From: Vitrella brassicaformis CCMP3155
Lineage: Eukaryota; Protista; Chromerida
Direction: 5' to 3'
DNA: 64,000 bases
Assembly (NCBI GenBank): GCA_001179505.1
Contig: CDMY01000363.1
Span: forward strand, 1-64,000
Shown here in pieces: positions 47,568-60,100 of the stretch; the first letter of the stretch is position 1; each line of letters begins with the position of its first letter. The notes below the pieces were generated by a model. The model saw nothing but the letters and a program-made list of their open reading frames with translations, made no database searches and was not told the origin of the DNA. Position numbers and translations under genes: made by a program.

Positions 47568-49446
47568 TCATCCACCGCCCCTCGCAACAGCATAGCTATT
47601 GAAGACACGCTCGTCATCATTGGCACCGTGCGGCCGTGGGATTGTCACATGGATGCCATAGTCGGATGCCTCGGCCCTCACCGCCCTGTACAGCATCTCA
47701 CAGATGCCCACACGACGGCCGTCCACAGCGAAGCACCACAGCGGGGCGATGCCGCCCTGACCGCCCACCACACGACCGTTGCCATGCAAAGGGCCCTGCT
47801 GCTGCGCCGCCGCCGGCTGGCAGATGACCCGATTGCCCTCCCTCACGTATTGCTGGACGGCGTTGTTGATTCGGTCACCGATGGGCCGGTCACCGATTGG
47901 GATGCGGGGGGGCGGGTCGGGGGCCAGGTGGCCGATGAGTGTCACCACCTCGGTCGCCCATATGCCTCAAGGAGCCCGGTGGGCAGGTCATCGTGGAAGT
48001 CAGCAGCCGACACAGATGCTCCATGCTCCAGCAGCCCGATTAGCGTCTCGACATGACGTGGCCCTAGGTCTGCCGCCGCCGACAGCACTGTGTTGCAGCC
48101 CCATAGCGATATAGACGCTCCGGGGTGGCAGATCTGGCGCCCTCGACGGCAGACGCACGGTGTCGGGGTCCTTGTCGAGGGCCCTTGAGTGGCAGGGCGT
48201 GCTGGAGGGGTCGCCGGCCACTGCTGTCTAGTGCGTTGACGACGTCTTCGCCCAGCGTGTCGACGATGTAATCAATGAGCCGCTCCTGGCAGCTGGCGTC
48301 GGCCAGTGGGTGACGGCAGAACCGGTGGATGGGCTGCATGGCTCCCTCCTCGTCCCTCTCGGCTTCCTCCACCAGCACCGACTCGTCACGCTGCCCAAGC
48401 ATCTTGACTGCCCTCAGCACCTTAGCAGGCTCCTTGATGTGATGGAACCGCATCTCAGCCAGCAGCTCCATCCCTGCCACCGATGCTCCCCTTGCGAGCA
48501 AGAGATCGATTAACTCCCACCTACCATTCCTCACGGCCAAGCAGAGGGGGCCACGTACGCTGCCGCTCCGGGGCTCCATGGGCGCCGCCGCATCCAGGAG
48601 CGCGCGCATCACACCAGCGGCCTCAGGCCCGTCCAGAAACCCGGCAGCAAGCTCAGGGACAGTCGAGGCGTAGGGCCTGATGATAATGTGCTTGACGTCG
48701 GCGCCTTGTTGTAGAGGTCGCGTGCCGCCGCCTCGCTGGTGGCCTCACACACAATGCCGGCGACTAGCTGCTTGGTCGGCTGGTTCGCGCCATTGAAATC
48801 CAGCTGCATGGACCACCACCGAGGAACGAGTGAGCATATCTCCACTCGGTCGGAGAATGTGAGGGTCGCATTCGGCACGGAAGTGTAGGGTGCCGGGAGA
48901 GGATGGGACACAGCTCAAATGGGGGACGCACCCTGAATGACCGGACCACGTAACACCAGATGAACCAACCGACCACATTACTACGTGTTGGTGTCCTTCC
49001 TTTCACCTGTGTGGGGTCGTACTTAGACGTCATCACCGACACCCACTTGGCCGTGCGGGGGCTCCCGAATTTGTCGTTGGCAACGACCAGCTACTCTGCC
49101 ATGGCGCTGCTGGTGGCGTCGCTTGACAAGTCCGTCTGCGCCGATGATGGCGTAGCCGTACGTGCAGTCCACATGAGTACCCCTGTGTGAAGGGAGGACC
49201 ATATGCAGAGACCATCTCCTCGGGCACATGGCCGATGGCGGGTTCATACGGGTAGCCCGTGAGCCAAGCACCAAAGCAACTGATGGACGGATAGATGGAG
49301 GCACCACACAGCGCGATAGATAGAAGCAGGGTAGATCTTGCCCTTTGGTTGCCGTCCTCACTCCATGCACACATACTTACTGTGCCTGATTCCAGAAGCT
49401 GCCACGGTGAACAGGACCAGCACAGGCTCCCGGTCCTTCCGCCACA
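47568..49446 (-). pseudogene. CBM20-like/ankyrin-repeat gene, copy 1 (frameshifted), with a lineage-specific C-terminal domain
   Basis: MWRKDREPVLVLFTVAASGIRH|VALVLGSR...WSLHMVLP...YGYAIIG; ankyrin part GPLCLAVRNGRWELIDLLLARGASV...GRRPLQHA; a 1-bp loss near 48714 (RDL/LQQGADVK restores the match to copy 2) and further breaks downstream. Confidence 0.7.
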
Positions 49447-49598
49447 TAATGCTCGACAACAAAGCCGCGTGCTGTGTGCTGCTGCTCGTAGCCTCGACTG
49501 AATGCAATGACTGAATGCCAAGAGAGAAACAGCAGTACTTTGCGACTGCATGTGTGTTGGGGCATCCCTGAAACCGTTGAGAGAGAGGCTCGCAAGGG

Positions 49599-51461
49599 AT
49601 GGCGAGTCATAGAGCGCTGGTGCACGTGCACAGCGTGCGCACGGGAGCGGAGAGCCTGCCCATCACTCTCGGCGGCGGCCTGGCGCCCGAAGAGGGCCAT
49701 TTCTTCGGCCACGGCATGTTCCACCGGCCTCTCCAGCCAGAGGTCAACCACGTCGAGTGCAAGGCGCAGGACCTCCCCCTCTCTGTCGAGGCCGTCCTCG
49801 GCCCGACCAGCAGCAGCCACCCCACAAGCCGGAAGCGAGCCGTCCTGTGGTGTCACTATGCACACCACCCTGAAGCCTTGGAGAGGATCTCCAAGTGCTG
49901 TCAGGAGGACGGCTTTGCGCTGTCCAAGATCGAGCTGGACACGCACCACACCGGCAATGGCGACAAGGCCAGCCTACGGCTCGAGGTGGAGCCCTTCCCC
50001 CAGCCCGACACAGACGACCCTCCCCCTGGCCCTCCCTCTCCCCCTCACCCTACCGGCCCCTACCCCCTCCTCCCCCCTCAGCCTGTCGCACCAGCCCGCG
50101 ACAAGTGCATCGCGAGGGACGGCTGGGGACAAGACGACGTGCATCGGCTGCTGATGCTCCGGGAGCGACTCAAGGAGGTCATCCGCGTGCCGAGCGTGAG
50201 TGAGGGATGCATGGGAGAGACAAGGCCGAGAGGGGGAAGGGGGCAGAAGTGGATGGACAGACATTTGTTTCTGTCTGGTTGTGTCTTTCTCTTTATTTGC
50301 CATTCAGGATGACGAGATCATCGCCCAGTCGCGATGGATGAGCCTGAGCAAGCTCTTGGACGCCCCCGACTGCATCGGCACCATGCGGAGCTTCGAGCTC
50401 CACCTGCAAGAGCCCACCCACGACAGGTCTGCGGGCGACATCCCGTGGGTGGCGCAGGTCATGGAGCTGCTGCGGAGCTATGGGGTGGGGGTCAAGAGTC
50501 TGCGGCTGCTGCCAAGGAAGAGCGGCTTCGTGAGCGGATACCTGTACCTGAAGCCGACTCGACTGGTCCGTGCACTGCTGCTGGGCAGGTGAGTGGATGG
50601 GCACACTGGCGGGCGGGGAAGTTGCATAGAATACGCGTGTCTGTTTGGGTGTTGGTGATGGCTGGTTGTCAGTGAGTCCAAGTTCCGGGAGTACGTCTCG
50701 GACATGGTCGCTGAGATGCTGCGCATCGAAGGCTGCCGACCCGACGGCATCGCAGAGCCCACAGGCAACGGGTACACGCAGACAGACATGCACACTTTCC
50801 CTCTCACACATCTTCCCTTTCTCCATCTGCCATTGTCAGCACACTGTCGCCCATCGTCGAGATCCCCCCAGCCATCACACCCGCCCCCGCCCCTGTCCAT
50901 AATGCGCCACCTGAGGCGCCACCTGCGACGTCAGAGGGCCAGCAGCGGCCGATGGACGGCAGGTGGGTGAGGGCGCCCGAGGAGCCGCAACGGCAGCAGG
51001 ACAGGGCCGAGGGCGACGACCACGGGGAGGGCGCGGCGGCGACATGGACAGCAGATGGCACTGAGGGGCAGGAGTCCTCTCCATCTGCCTCGGGCTCTTC
51101 GCCCGACAAGCCGACGTTGAGTTCGCTCGACTCGGCGCTGACTGTGTCCACCACGACGACGACGACGCGCCACACCACCGTGTCGCCGCGGCACTCGTCC
51201 GACACGGGCAGGAGCAGCGACGCCAGCTTCCGTGTGGGCCAGGGCACCAAGGTGGACGTCTACATGCACACCGACACGATGGAGAACATCGAGCTGTGCT
51301 GCCACAAGACACGGGAGGACATCGGCGCCTTCATGGAGCAGTCCGACACCGGCAAGTTCATCACCATGATGGGCAATGCCGTCGGAGGCTGGGGCAGGAG
51401 CGTGTGGGGCCTCGCACAGAGGGTGGGCCAGTGGGAGGGATTGGACTGGCAGTGGGGATGA
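49599..51461 (+). CDS. ACT-like family Y, copy C (apparently intact, 4 exons, ~532 aa)
   Basis: Exons 49599-50195, 50308-50588, 50673-50771 and 50840-51461 splice in frame (1599 nt). AHHPEALERISKCCQEDGFALSKIELDT and DIPWVAQVMELLRSYGVGVKSLRL fit ACT-like beta-alpha-beta patterns. Confidence 0.75.
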
Positions 51462-52050
51462 GCCAGTGCGACTCTTGAGTGAGCCAGCCATTGGGGCGGG
51501 CGCCTCTCTCTGGCTGGCAGGGCAGTTTTGTTTTTGGGGCGTGGGAGCCATTTGTGTTTTTCTGTGGGGGGAGTGGGGGCGTAAGGGGAAGTGTGAGGGG
51601 GGAAGGAGTCGTTGTCGTTGCTGATGGGTCAGGGGTGTTTGAAAGCGACAGTGGGTCATGGCGCGTTGGATCTGAGTGGTTCGGCCACGCATGCACGCAG
51701 GCCCGCATGTACCTGTGTTGTATAGGCCAGAGAAGGACTGCAGAGGGTGGGTGCTTCGAGTGAGTATGTGAGTGGGTGGGTGGGGTCAGGTCAGACAGCT
51801 TGACGGCATTGAGTCGAACAATCGTATGCGTGTCGTTTCGAGTTCAATACGGTTCCTCACGGGCATGGAATGAGCACATGGCGTCTCTGTACAGGCGACG
51901 ACATCCATGCACATGAACCACACACGTGACACGCATCAACGTCATGGAGGTCCACTGGTCTCTGTCATCTTGCGATATGTACACATGAATCGAAGAAACC
52001 TCTCACGCATGCGGCACGAGCGATAGGGCGACAGACATCTGCCCTCAAAG

Positions 52051-53793
52051 TCAGATGTGAGAGTATATGCAATCACACGCGTCGTAGCCGATCTCCATGT
52101 CGCTCAAGCTGTACTGGTCATCCCATCCCAACACATCCAGCGCATCCAGGCCGGCCCTCGACACTGACGCTCCCTTCTCCAGCAACTTCACCATGTCGGT
52201 CACGTCCACCCCCAACAACTCCTCGTCTCTCCTCTCGGCCCACTCAGCGTCACTCCACCCGCTCTCCACACGCAGCCATGCCACCTCACGGAACAGCGAC
52301 TCCATCACGTGGATGTCGTCTGCCCCACGGTCGAGGAGTTTGTTGATGGTGGCTCGCTTGACATCCCACCCGCCGAAGTCAAACATGAGGGACCGGTAGG
52401 CGTGCTGGAGGGGTCGCCGGCCGTGGTCGTCTGGTGCGTTGACGACGTCTTCGCCCACTGTGTCGATCAAATACTCGATGAGCTGCTCCTGGCAGCTGGT
52501 GTCGGCCAGTGGGAATTGGCAGAAGTGGTGGATGGGCTGCTCTCCGTTGCCGTCCTTCTCCCAGAGGACCGACTCGTCACGATCGCCAAGCATCTTGATG
52601 ACCTCCAGTATCTCATGACCCTCCCCCGCCCCTTCATCCCCGTAGGTCTCCTCGCTGGCCATCCCATGGACCAGGCACTGACCTGTGACGTCGGCGCCGT
52701 ACTGGGGCTGCATCATGAGCTTGACGAGGCTCCAGCTGCCCGTGCCAATCGCCCTCGAGAGTGCGATGCCAGGCTTGTCTGCCTCGGGGGGGTGCGATCG
52801 GCCCCCCTGCATCCAGCAGCTCCCTCACCACTCCCTCAGCGGCCTCTGGGCACAGGTGCTCGACAGCCAGCTCGACAAGGGTCCGTTTGTCGCTGTCTGC
52901 CGTCACGATGGCCTCGGCATCGGCCCCCTGCTCGAGCAGACCTCGTGCAGTGTGACCAGTGATGTCCTCACGCACGATTCTGGTGGCCAGCTGCTTGGTC
53001 AACTGACATGCACCGTCGTAGAATTCGAGTTCGGTCTGCTGATGGTGGGGCCGGCAGACGGTGAAGCTGTCTGGGAGGGGGACGGGGTGGGTGACGGGGG
53101 TGAAGGGGGCAGGCTGCTCGCTGTCGCTCGACATGGAATGGATGAGCTGATAGATGGGCAACGCACACACACACACACACACGCACAGAGAGAGAGAGCC
53201 CCATCCATTGGATCGTTCACACTGGCCAATGCTTCAATCTCCTGTCCCGTACCTCCTTATCAATCTCCTCGGTCATTTTCTCCCGCCGCACACGGCTGGA
53301 CATCAGCGCGTAGCGGTCGTCGAATGTGTCGTCGATCAGCAGCGCCCTGCAGTCCACAACCAGTGTGCGCGACCCCTACTCAGCTGCTGTCGCCGAGGGG
53401 CCTGCAACGACGGCACCACAGGCACAGCAGTGAACGCCCTGCCTGCCTGCGTGCCTGCCCTCCTGTGTACCTGATGAGGCAGCTGCTTGTGTCGAGCCCA
53501 TGATAGCGTAGGTGTAGCTGTGCTCGCCCAGCGGGACGGCCACGGTGAGGCTCCACACGGGCTGGCCGGAGCAGGCCATCGTCAGGGTCTTATCGCCAAT
53601 CAACACTACAACTGAATGAACGCATCCACACACGCAAACAACACGCATTCCTTTCCTCTTGTGTCACCTATTCTCCCATCCAGCATTCACCTGCGTCGCC
53701 TTGCTTGAGCGGCGTCTGCTTGGCCACGTTGACATTGAACGTCACGGGTGCGGTGAGCACGTGCTGCGATGACGGCGACTGTGAGGACGCCAT
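52051..53793 (-). CDS. CBM20-like/ankyrin-repeat gene, copy 2 (one +1 frameshift in a homopolymer)
   Basis: MASSQSPSSQHVLTAPVTFNVNVAKQTPLKQGDA|VVVLIGDKTLTM...VWSLTVAVPLGEHSYTYAIMG...|RTLVVDCRALLIDDTF, then ankyrin repeats (GLLEQGADA, QPIHHFC, GRRPLQHA, KLLDRGAD). The G7 run at 52786-52792 breaks the frame. Confidence 0.7.
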
Positions 53794-54099
53794 TGTGCGA
53801 CGGTTAGTACCTGAAGCAGAGCAGACACACATCACCGCCGCGGTGGCTCCTTCATATAGGTGTGACCAAGGCATAACTTACAATGAATTTCTCAATCACC
53901 AAGGAGAAACTCCTCCTCCACAGCAACTCATCCTCCCCTCAGCTCAGCGACTCCTCCTCCAATCTGCGAGCTTGCGAGCTTAGTTTTCCTCCATGAGTAG
54001 GAATATCCCTGAGTAGGTTCTTCTCTGCTGTTCTGTCCCAGTAACGTGTCCAGCGCTCTTGCGAAGGCATGTGTCATTGAATTGCATTTGAGGTTCTGC

Positions 54100-54141
54100 G
54101 TGGAGATCTGCGAGTGGAGATATCTGTTGGTGGAGATCTGC
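54100..54141. promoter_or_regulatory. Three GTGGAGAT(AT)CTG repeats in the divergent CBM20-ANK/RNF213-like intergenic region
   Basis: gtggagatctgc-gagtggagatatctg-ttg-gtggagatctgc; a regulatory role is inferred from position only. Confidence 0.4.
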
Positions 54142-54175
54142 AAGTGTGAGTCACGGAGCCACTCACGACGCCACT

Positions 54176-57100
54176 ATGGTGGAGGGCAGGAGGAAGAAGC
54201 CCAAATCATGGGCTCGGGTAGTTGATGGCGAGTCGTCTGGTGATGAATTTGATGACGCTGGTGATGACACACCTGTGCCGGCTGCTGCGGCAGGAGCACC
54301 GCTGGGACGTGACGGCACGGCCCAGCTATCGAAGACTGATGAGTCGGGTGTTCACACCTTCTGGGCCGTCTTCCCAGCAACATGCATCTCAGAGGAATGT
54401 AAGCGAACGCACCAAGACACACACTGCAGATGCCTGTGTGCATCTGTGTGGATGAATGTCTGTATACAGGCAGAGTTTATCTGCATTCTGACGCGTTTGG
54501 GTGGCAGCTCTCTGCGGCCAACAAGATGGAGCGGGTGCAGGGCGTCAAGCCGGATCACATCTTCTTCTACCTCAAGTGCCGCATCGAGCAGCCTCACATC
54601 AACTGCAAGCTCGCAGTCGCCGTGCCCCCGCGCCACGAGCTCATCTACGAGAAGGGTGACGCATCCACCTGGTCGCCAACCCACGACCGATGGATCGATT
54701 TCAGTTACCTGCAGAACAAGTACGGCATCGTGGCATCTCGCCAGCACGTCCTGTACGTCAAGGATCATTTGGTGCAAGGCTTCTGGCAGACGCCCATGAA
54801 GATGATCCGGGACTTTTTCACACCAGGAGCTCGTGATCCGCAGGTCCACCTGCTGCCCCGGGGCTCATGGGCTTGGCGCAACACTTCGTCGCTCGTCTAC
54901 CTTATGCCACCCATGCTCAAGAAGCTCGCCAGGGAGGGCCGGGTTGACATCCTTGAATGGAAGGCGCTGATCCAGGCAGCAAGTGTGGCGATGCAAACTG
55001 CGCGGATCAAGTATATCGACTCCGAGTACCTCACGATCATCAGGGAGGTCCTGCAGCTTGGCACGAGCGTCCACCCCATGTTCGCATTCGATCCCGACTG
55101 CATCGATTCTCGGCGTCCCCTGGCTGTTTCGGCTGCTTCTGAGCTGATTGCTGGACTGCGCCGGTCCTTCCATCTTATCCCACACCTGGCCGCGAGCCGA
55201 GACGCTCGTCAGGTGAGAGGGCACAGATGAGGGAACGCAATGAGAGGGCGTTTAGAGGGGGTATCACTGTGGCGCTGTCTGTTGCGTTCCTTCAGATTGC
55301 GGCTGAGTGGATGGACAAGTTTCTTCAGCTCCTCAAGCCCTCTCACCACGCTCTCCGCAATTCGAAGGACGAAAGCGAGTTGATGGGCTACATCCTGGTG
55401 TCGTTGTTCCGCGCGCAGCTCGTGGGCGAGTCCGTCAGCCACACGCAGCTCCTGGGGCAGTGCCAAGACGTCGATGTCATGCGGTACGTGTTGAAAGAGC
55501 TGATCGAGCTGTGCTTCACCGACGGCCGGCTGGATGTGGAGAAGGCGACGACCATCCTCCTGCTGGTGCCCATGCGGGAGTGCCTGAAGGATGCCATCGA
55601 TCTCGTGTTGGACAGCCCGTTCCGGAACGCCTCCCTCGTGTGCAAGGGCCTGGTCCACAGACTGCGGGCGTATCCGACACACGCGTCACATGAAGAAGGT
55701 AGGGCTGGGAAGGCGGATAGAGTAATCATGATGGATACGAGCTGATTGTGTGATATCTGTTGTAGGAAGCAAGTTGCTGCATTTTCTACGAATCGTTCTT
55801 GATGCCGTCCACCAGCACGTAGCCTTCTTCTTCGAGGATCCAACGTGTGTGGTCTCGGTCATCGACCTGCTGGAGGAGATCATGAAAGCCCCAGCATTCG
55901 CAGTACGAGAAGCAGCGGGGAGCTCGCCGGATGGGCTAAACGCCTCGTGTGGCTGTGCTGTGTCCCTCAGGTTGAGATGGCGCTGAAGCACAAGCGCAGC
56001 GATCTCATCATCAGCAAGTTTGCCGCCATATTCGCCCTGCCGGAGGCTCACCGGGCGAGCGAGCTGCCCAAGATGGGTCCTGTGCTCCAGTTGCTGCGAC
56101 AACGCATCCGCCGCTACCTCGACAGCGTCCAAGCAGACCGCCAGGTCAACAGGCAAATACCTACATGCTCAATCACATGTCGGCCTCGTATTGATTCGGC
56201 TGTCCTGCTCACTGCATCTGCATGTGCAGAAAGCTGCTTTCGAGATCTATCGTGATGTCTTGGCGGCCTTGTCAAACCTGTGGGACGAGCAGTCGAGTGA
56301 CAGCGTCCTTAGCCAGCTGGTAGCTGAGGTCGTCAACAATCTTCCGAAAAGCTTCTTCGTGAACAGCAACATCATGGAGACTCCGCTGGTGCAGCTGCTG
56401 CCCCAGCTGCCACAAAACCTACAGCAGGTCCGCTGCAGAAAGACGTGCAGAAGAGAATGGCAAAGGTCACTTGTGTGGGTTTGCAGATCCTGAACAAGCA
56501 GGCATTGGAGGTCTTCGGTGCAGCAGCAATCGATGAGTCGAGTCAGCTGCAGTTCTTTGAGAAGATCCACAAGACGCTAAAGCGCATGGATGTGTCGCGC
56601 TACCAGCCCGCCCAGCTGCAGTATCTTGTGGACTGCACCACGGCCCTCCTCAGGCAGCTGGAGGAGTCCACCAAGCTGCCCCCAAGCACAGCTCAGTCCA
56701 GCGTGCCCCTCGAAGTGGTGCGGATGGTCGACAAGGCGGCTCTTTACCGATTCTTATCCCGATTCGAGGCTGATGTTGTGGCGTCCAATCTGACCGCAGC
56801 CATCCCACAGCTCAGGACAATCGTCACTTCCCTCCAGCGATCATTCCTGGCTCCTTATCGCGATCTCCTCCATCAGCTGGGCAACGGAGATGTCTACAAG
56901 GCAACTCTCGACTTCATCTACAGGCACCAGGAGGCCTTTGCTGCAATTGCCGGCCAAGACAGTGAGAGGGAGGCGATTGTCAAGGCCATCGATGATCTCA
57001 TGCGAAAGAAGCGGGCCATCGAGGACAAGGAGGGGACGTGTGAGGCCTTCCTCACTCAGTGCTGTACCGATGACGGCCCCCTGGGTGTCTACCGGGAGAG

Positions 57101-60100
57101 CTGTCGCACGCGCCTCCATGAACACGCTGCGCTCAGGTCGGGGGACACAGATTAAACATGAAGGGACGGTCCGGACGTATGCTCTCCTGCCTTTTCTTCA
57201 GAGATGAGTCCGTTGGTCTCAAGAACTGGAGGGCCTTTGCTCTCGTGGAGCGAGATGAAACACTGCAGGTGATTCCAGTCTGACAACATCGCTGCACGAA
57301 CAGCAGCTCTGGTGCCTTTTTCTCTTCTGGCAGGCCATGGGTTTCGCTGCCAGTGCGGTGAGCTCCCCGCTGTGCTACAAGCTGATGCTGGACTCGACCA
57401 AACTGGCGCCCTGCGGACCGCCGACCACCGTCTTCGACCCAGCAGCCTTTTCCCAGCTCGTGGAGGCGTCAGTGACGAAGTTCCAGGAGCAGCTCCAGTC
57501 CGCATACGGCCTGCTCGTGTCGCCAAGGGCCCTGAATGCCGAGTGCTGGCCTCTTGTTCAACCGGTGATGGCGCTGCTGCCCAGCAGCAGACCGCCAGCG
57601 GCACACGAGACGCCTTCGCAGGCCCGCGAGAGGGCGCATCAAGACCGAGAGATTCGGCAGGCAGAGCTGCATCGCATCCTGACCCAGGAGGTCGCCCACC
57701 TGCAGCAGCTCATGCGGCAGATAGGCATCCCTGCCCAGAGGCTTTCAGGGGATGCTGACCTCGTCAGCAGCACGGAGCGATGGATCATCGCGTGGGAGAC
57801 TGTGCCAAAAGTGGAGGCACTGCTTGCGCTGATCAAAGAGCATGAGATGTCGAGATTTCCTTTCGCCAGCAGCAGCCAGGACATGCAGCGGTTGAGGGAG
57901 CTCGCGACTGAGGTCGCTGGCGCAACGACCAAACAGCAACTAGAGGAGCGGGTGTCAGACATGACCCGAATATGCCCGTCGCTCAGCCATGTGTCCCTCG
58001 ACCAGCTCAAAGGCCTCCACGGTGCCATCAAGTCGTCGCTGCTCAGGAGGATCCTCTACCATACGGATGATGCATCCTTCTCAACATTCTTTGAGATGCG
58101 GTGAGTACAGCACAGCACAGTTCAGGGTGGCGAAATCGGTCATCTCCTGCTGTTCGTGTTGCGCAGGCTGAGTCATGCTTCAGATCCGCTGGACGTCGAC
58201 CTGCTGCAATCATTCAGGTGAATGAGTGACGATAGAGAATGAAGGTGGACAGAGGTCATTCCGCTCTGCTGCTGGCTGCGCATTTACAGGCGGCTTCGTC
58301 ACGAGTTGTTCCCGTATCTTTCGTCAGCTGATGCGACGTTGGAGGAGTTCCTGCACACGTGTTCGATGCTGTCTGCCTTCGACATGGAGCTGTACACCAG
58401 CCATGCGGCGCGCATCACACACATGCTGTCGGCAGCTGCTCAATTTGAGGGCGTCACGGTGCGTACATGGCATCTGCGACGAAACACAACACACAAATGT
58501 CAATCGTGCATCACGTCGCTCGCTTCCTTGGTCTTGTCCGCAGGCGCTCGAGACTCTGTGTCACCTGTACAACTTCGGCTCATTCAACATCCGCGTGATC
58601 GACAATGCGAGTGACGCCACACTCATTGCATCCTACAAGCTGCCGGCCGGGACCTGCAATGAGCTGTCATACGAGGACCTGACCGAGCTGCGCAACCAGA
58701 TCTCTCTGCAGGTGAGGAGTGGAGGGAAGTGGCAGGCACTCGATCCCATTCATTTGTTATGTCGTGTTGTACAGGACCTTCCGACCAGCCAGGACGACGA
58801 CAATGAGGAGCCTGCAGCTGCAGCGACGACAGCAAGCGGTGAGGAGCTTCTTACAGTCAGCAGCCTCCTCCATAATCGCGACAAGAAAACAGGTGAGCGG
58901 GCAGAAACCATGGGGCGTCATTCCGGCGAACCTGAGTGCTATGTGCGCCCTACGTTTCTGCAGCCTACGTGAAGGCCTTTGCAGCCAACCTTGAGAGCTC
59001 TGTGAGGATTCGAGACCTGCTTACTGGTCTCTGCCGCGATGGTCATTTGCGCTACCAAGAAGGTGTTCTGCCCATTCGTGTGAGCTGCGAGGTGGACGAA
59101 TTCCGGAGGGAGAGGGAGGCGCTGGAGGACGAATGACTGGTGTGGCGCAGGACACTGGCGGAGAGGCGGAGGGCGCTCCCCATCCTGTCGCTGCTGTCTG
59201 GCCCGAAGCAGCTCATCCGCATCTTGAAGCTGGCGAGGCAGTGTGCTCAAGCCGCCGGCACGGGAGACGAGATTGGTGAGGCCGTCCATCTGGACGAGTT
59301 GGCATCGTCGCTGTCGTTTGTGGCCCCTGTCAAGATGGATTTGCTGCGGCCTGCCATCGGTCCGCTGCAAGGTGTGTTTGAGGGGATACAGGACGAGAGC
59401 CAAGGACTGAGGGAGGTCTTCTCGGGCGTTGCAAGCTTCTTGCGGGCGGCGTTCGAGTACGCCTTCCAAAGGCCTCAGGGCCTCCTGACTGGGCAGGCGC
59501 TGCCTCCAGGGCTCATGTCTGACACAGCAACTTCGCAGGCCCGACCACTTCGAAGCCTGGTGCAGACTCTGTCAGATCTGCCGATCCGCGAGGACCTTCC
59601 ATTCGTCGTTGGCGAGACGGATATGGACAGCACTCTTTTCCTGGAGGTCGCGTCGGTCCTCTACTACATGGAGTTCTCTCGCAAGCCAGCTCCATGGTCA
59701 GCTGACACACAGGAGAAGCCAGGACGTGGGCATGTGCCATTGTCTGTTATGTGTACACCTGCGTGCAGGGAGGTGTTGTTTCTGACCAGCAGGACAGCGA
59801 CTGCTGATCTGAATAGCTTTCTCGAGAGATGGGCAGAGAGCCACCTGCTGGAGGACCTGATCGGCGGGCAGAGGAGGGGGCTGTTCATGCTGTGCTGTGT
59901 CGAGGTATCGGTAGAGACCGAGCAGGAAATCGTGTCGGTCATCATGCGACTGAGAGAGGAGCTCCGCGGGTAAGCGAATAGGCCAACGGGTACACACAGA
60001 CATGCCATGCAAGATGCCTTGTATATTTCCCTCTAGGATGGAGAAGAAGGCAAGAAAAGCAACTCTCGCCAAGACCCTACCGATGCTGATCTTGCAGTCG

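Noticed and set aside
59134-59136. TGA as a reassigned Trp codon or as selenocysteine
   Set aside because: Other genes in the window (DnaJ, BFR2, CYSTM-like, P450) end in TGA, so it is a normal stop. The position is not a redox Cys site, and no SECIS can be assessed here.
59092-59150. A 59-nt GT...CAG intron that would remove the in-frame TGA
   Set aside because: The donor is phase 0 and the acceptor phase 2, so splicing shifts the frame and hits a stop. It would also delete sequence that fits the RNF213-like helix.
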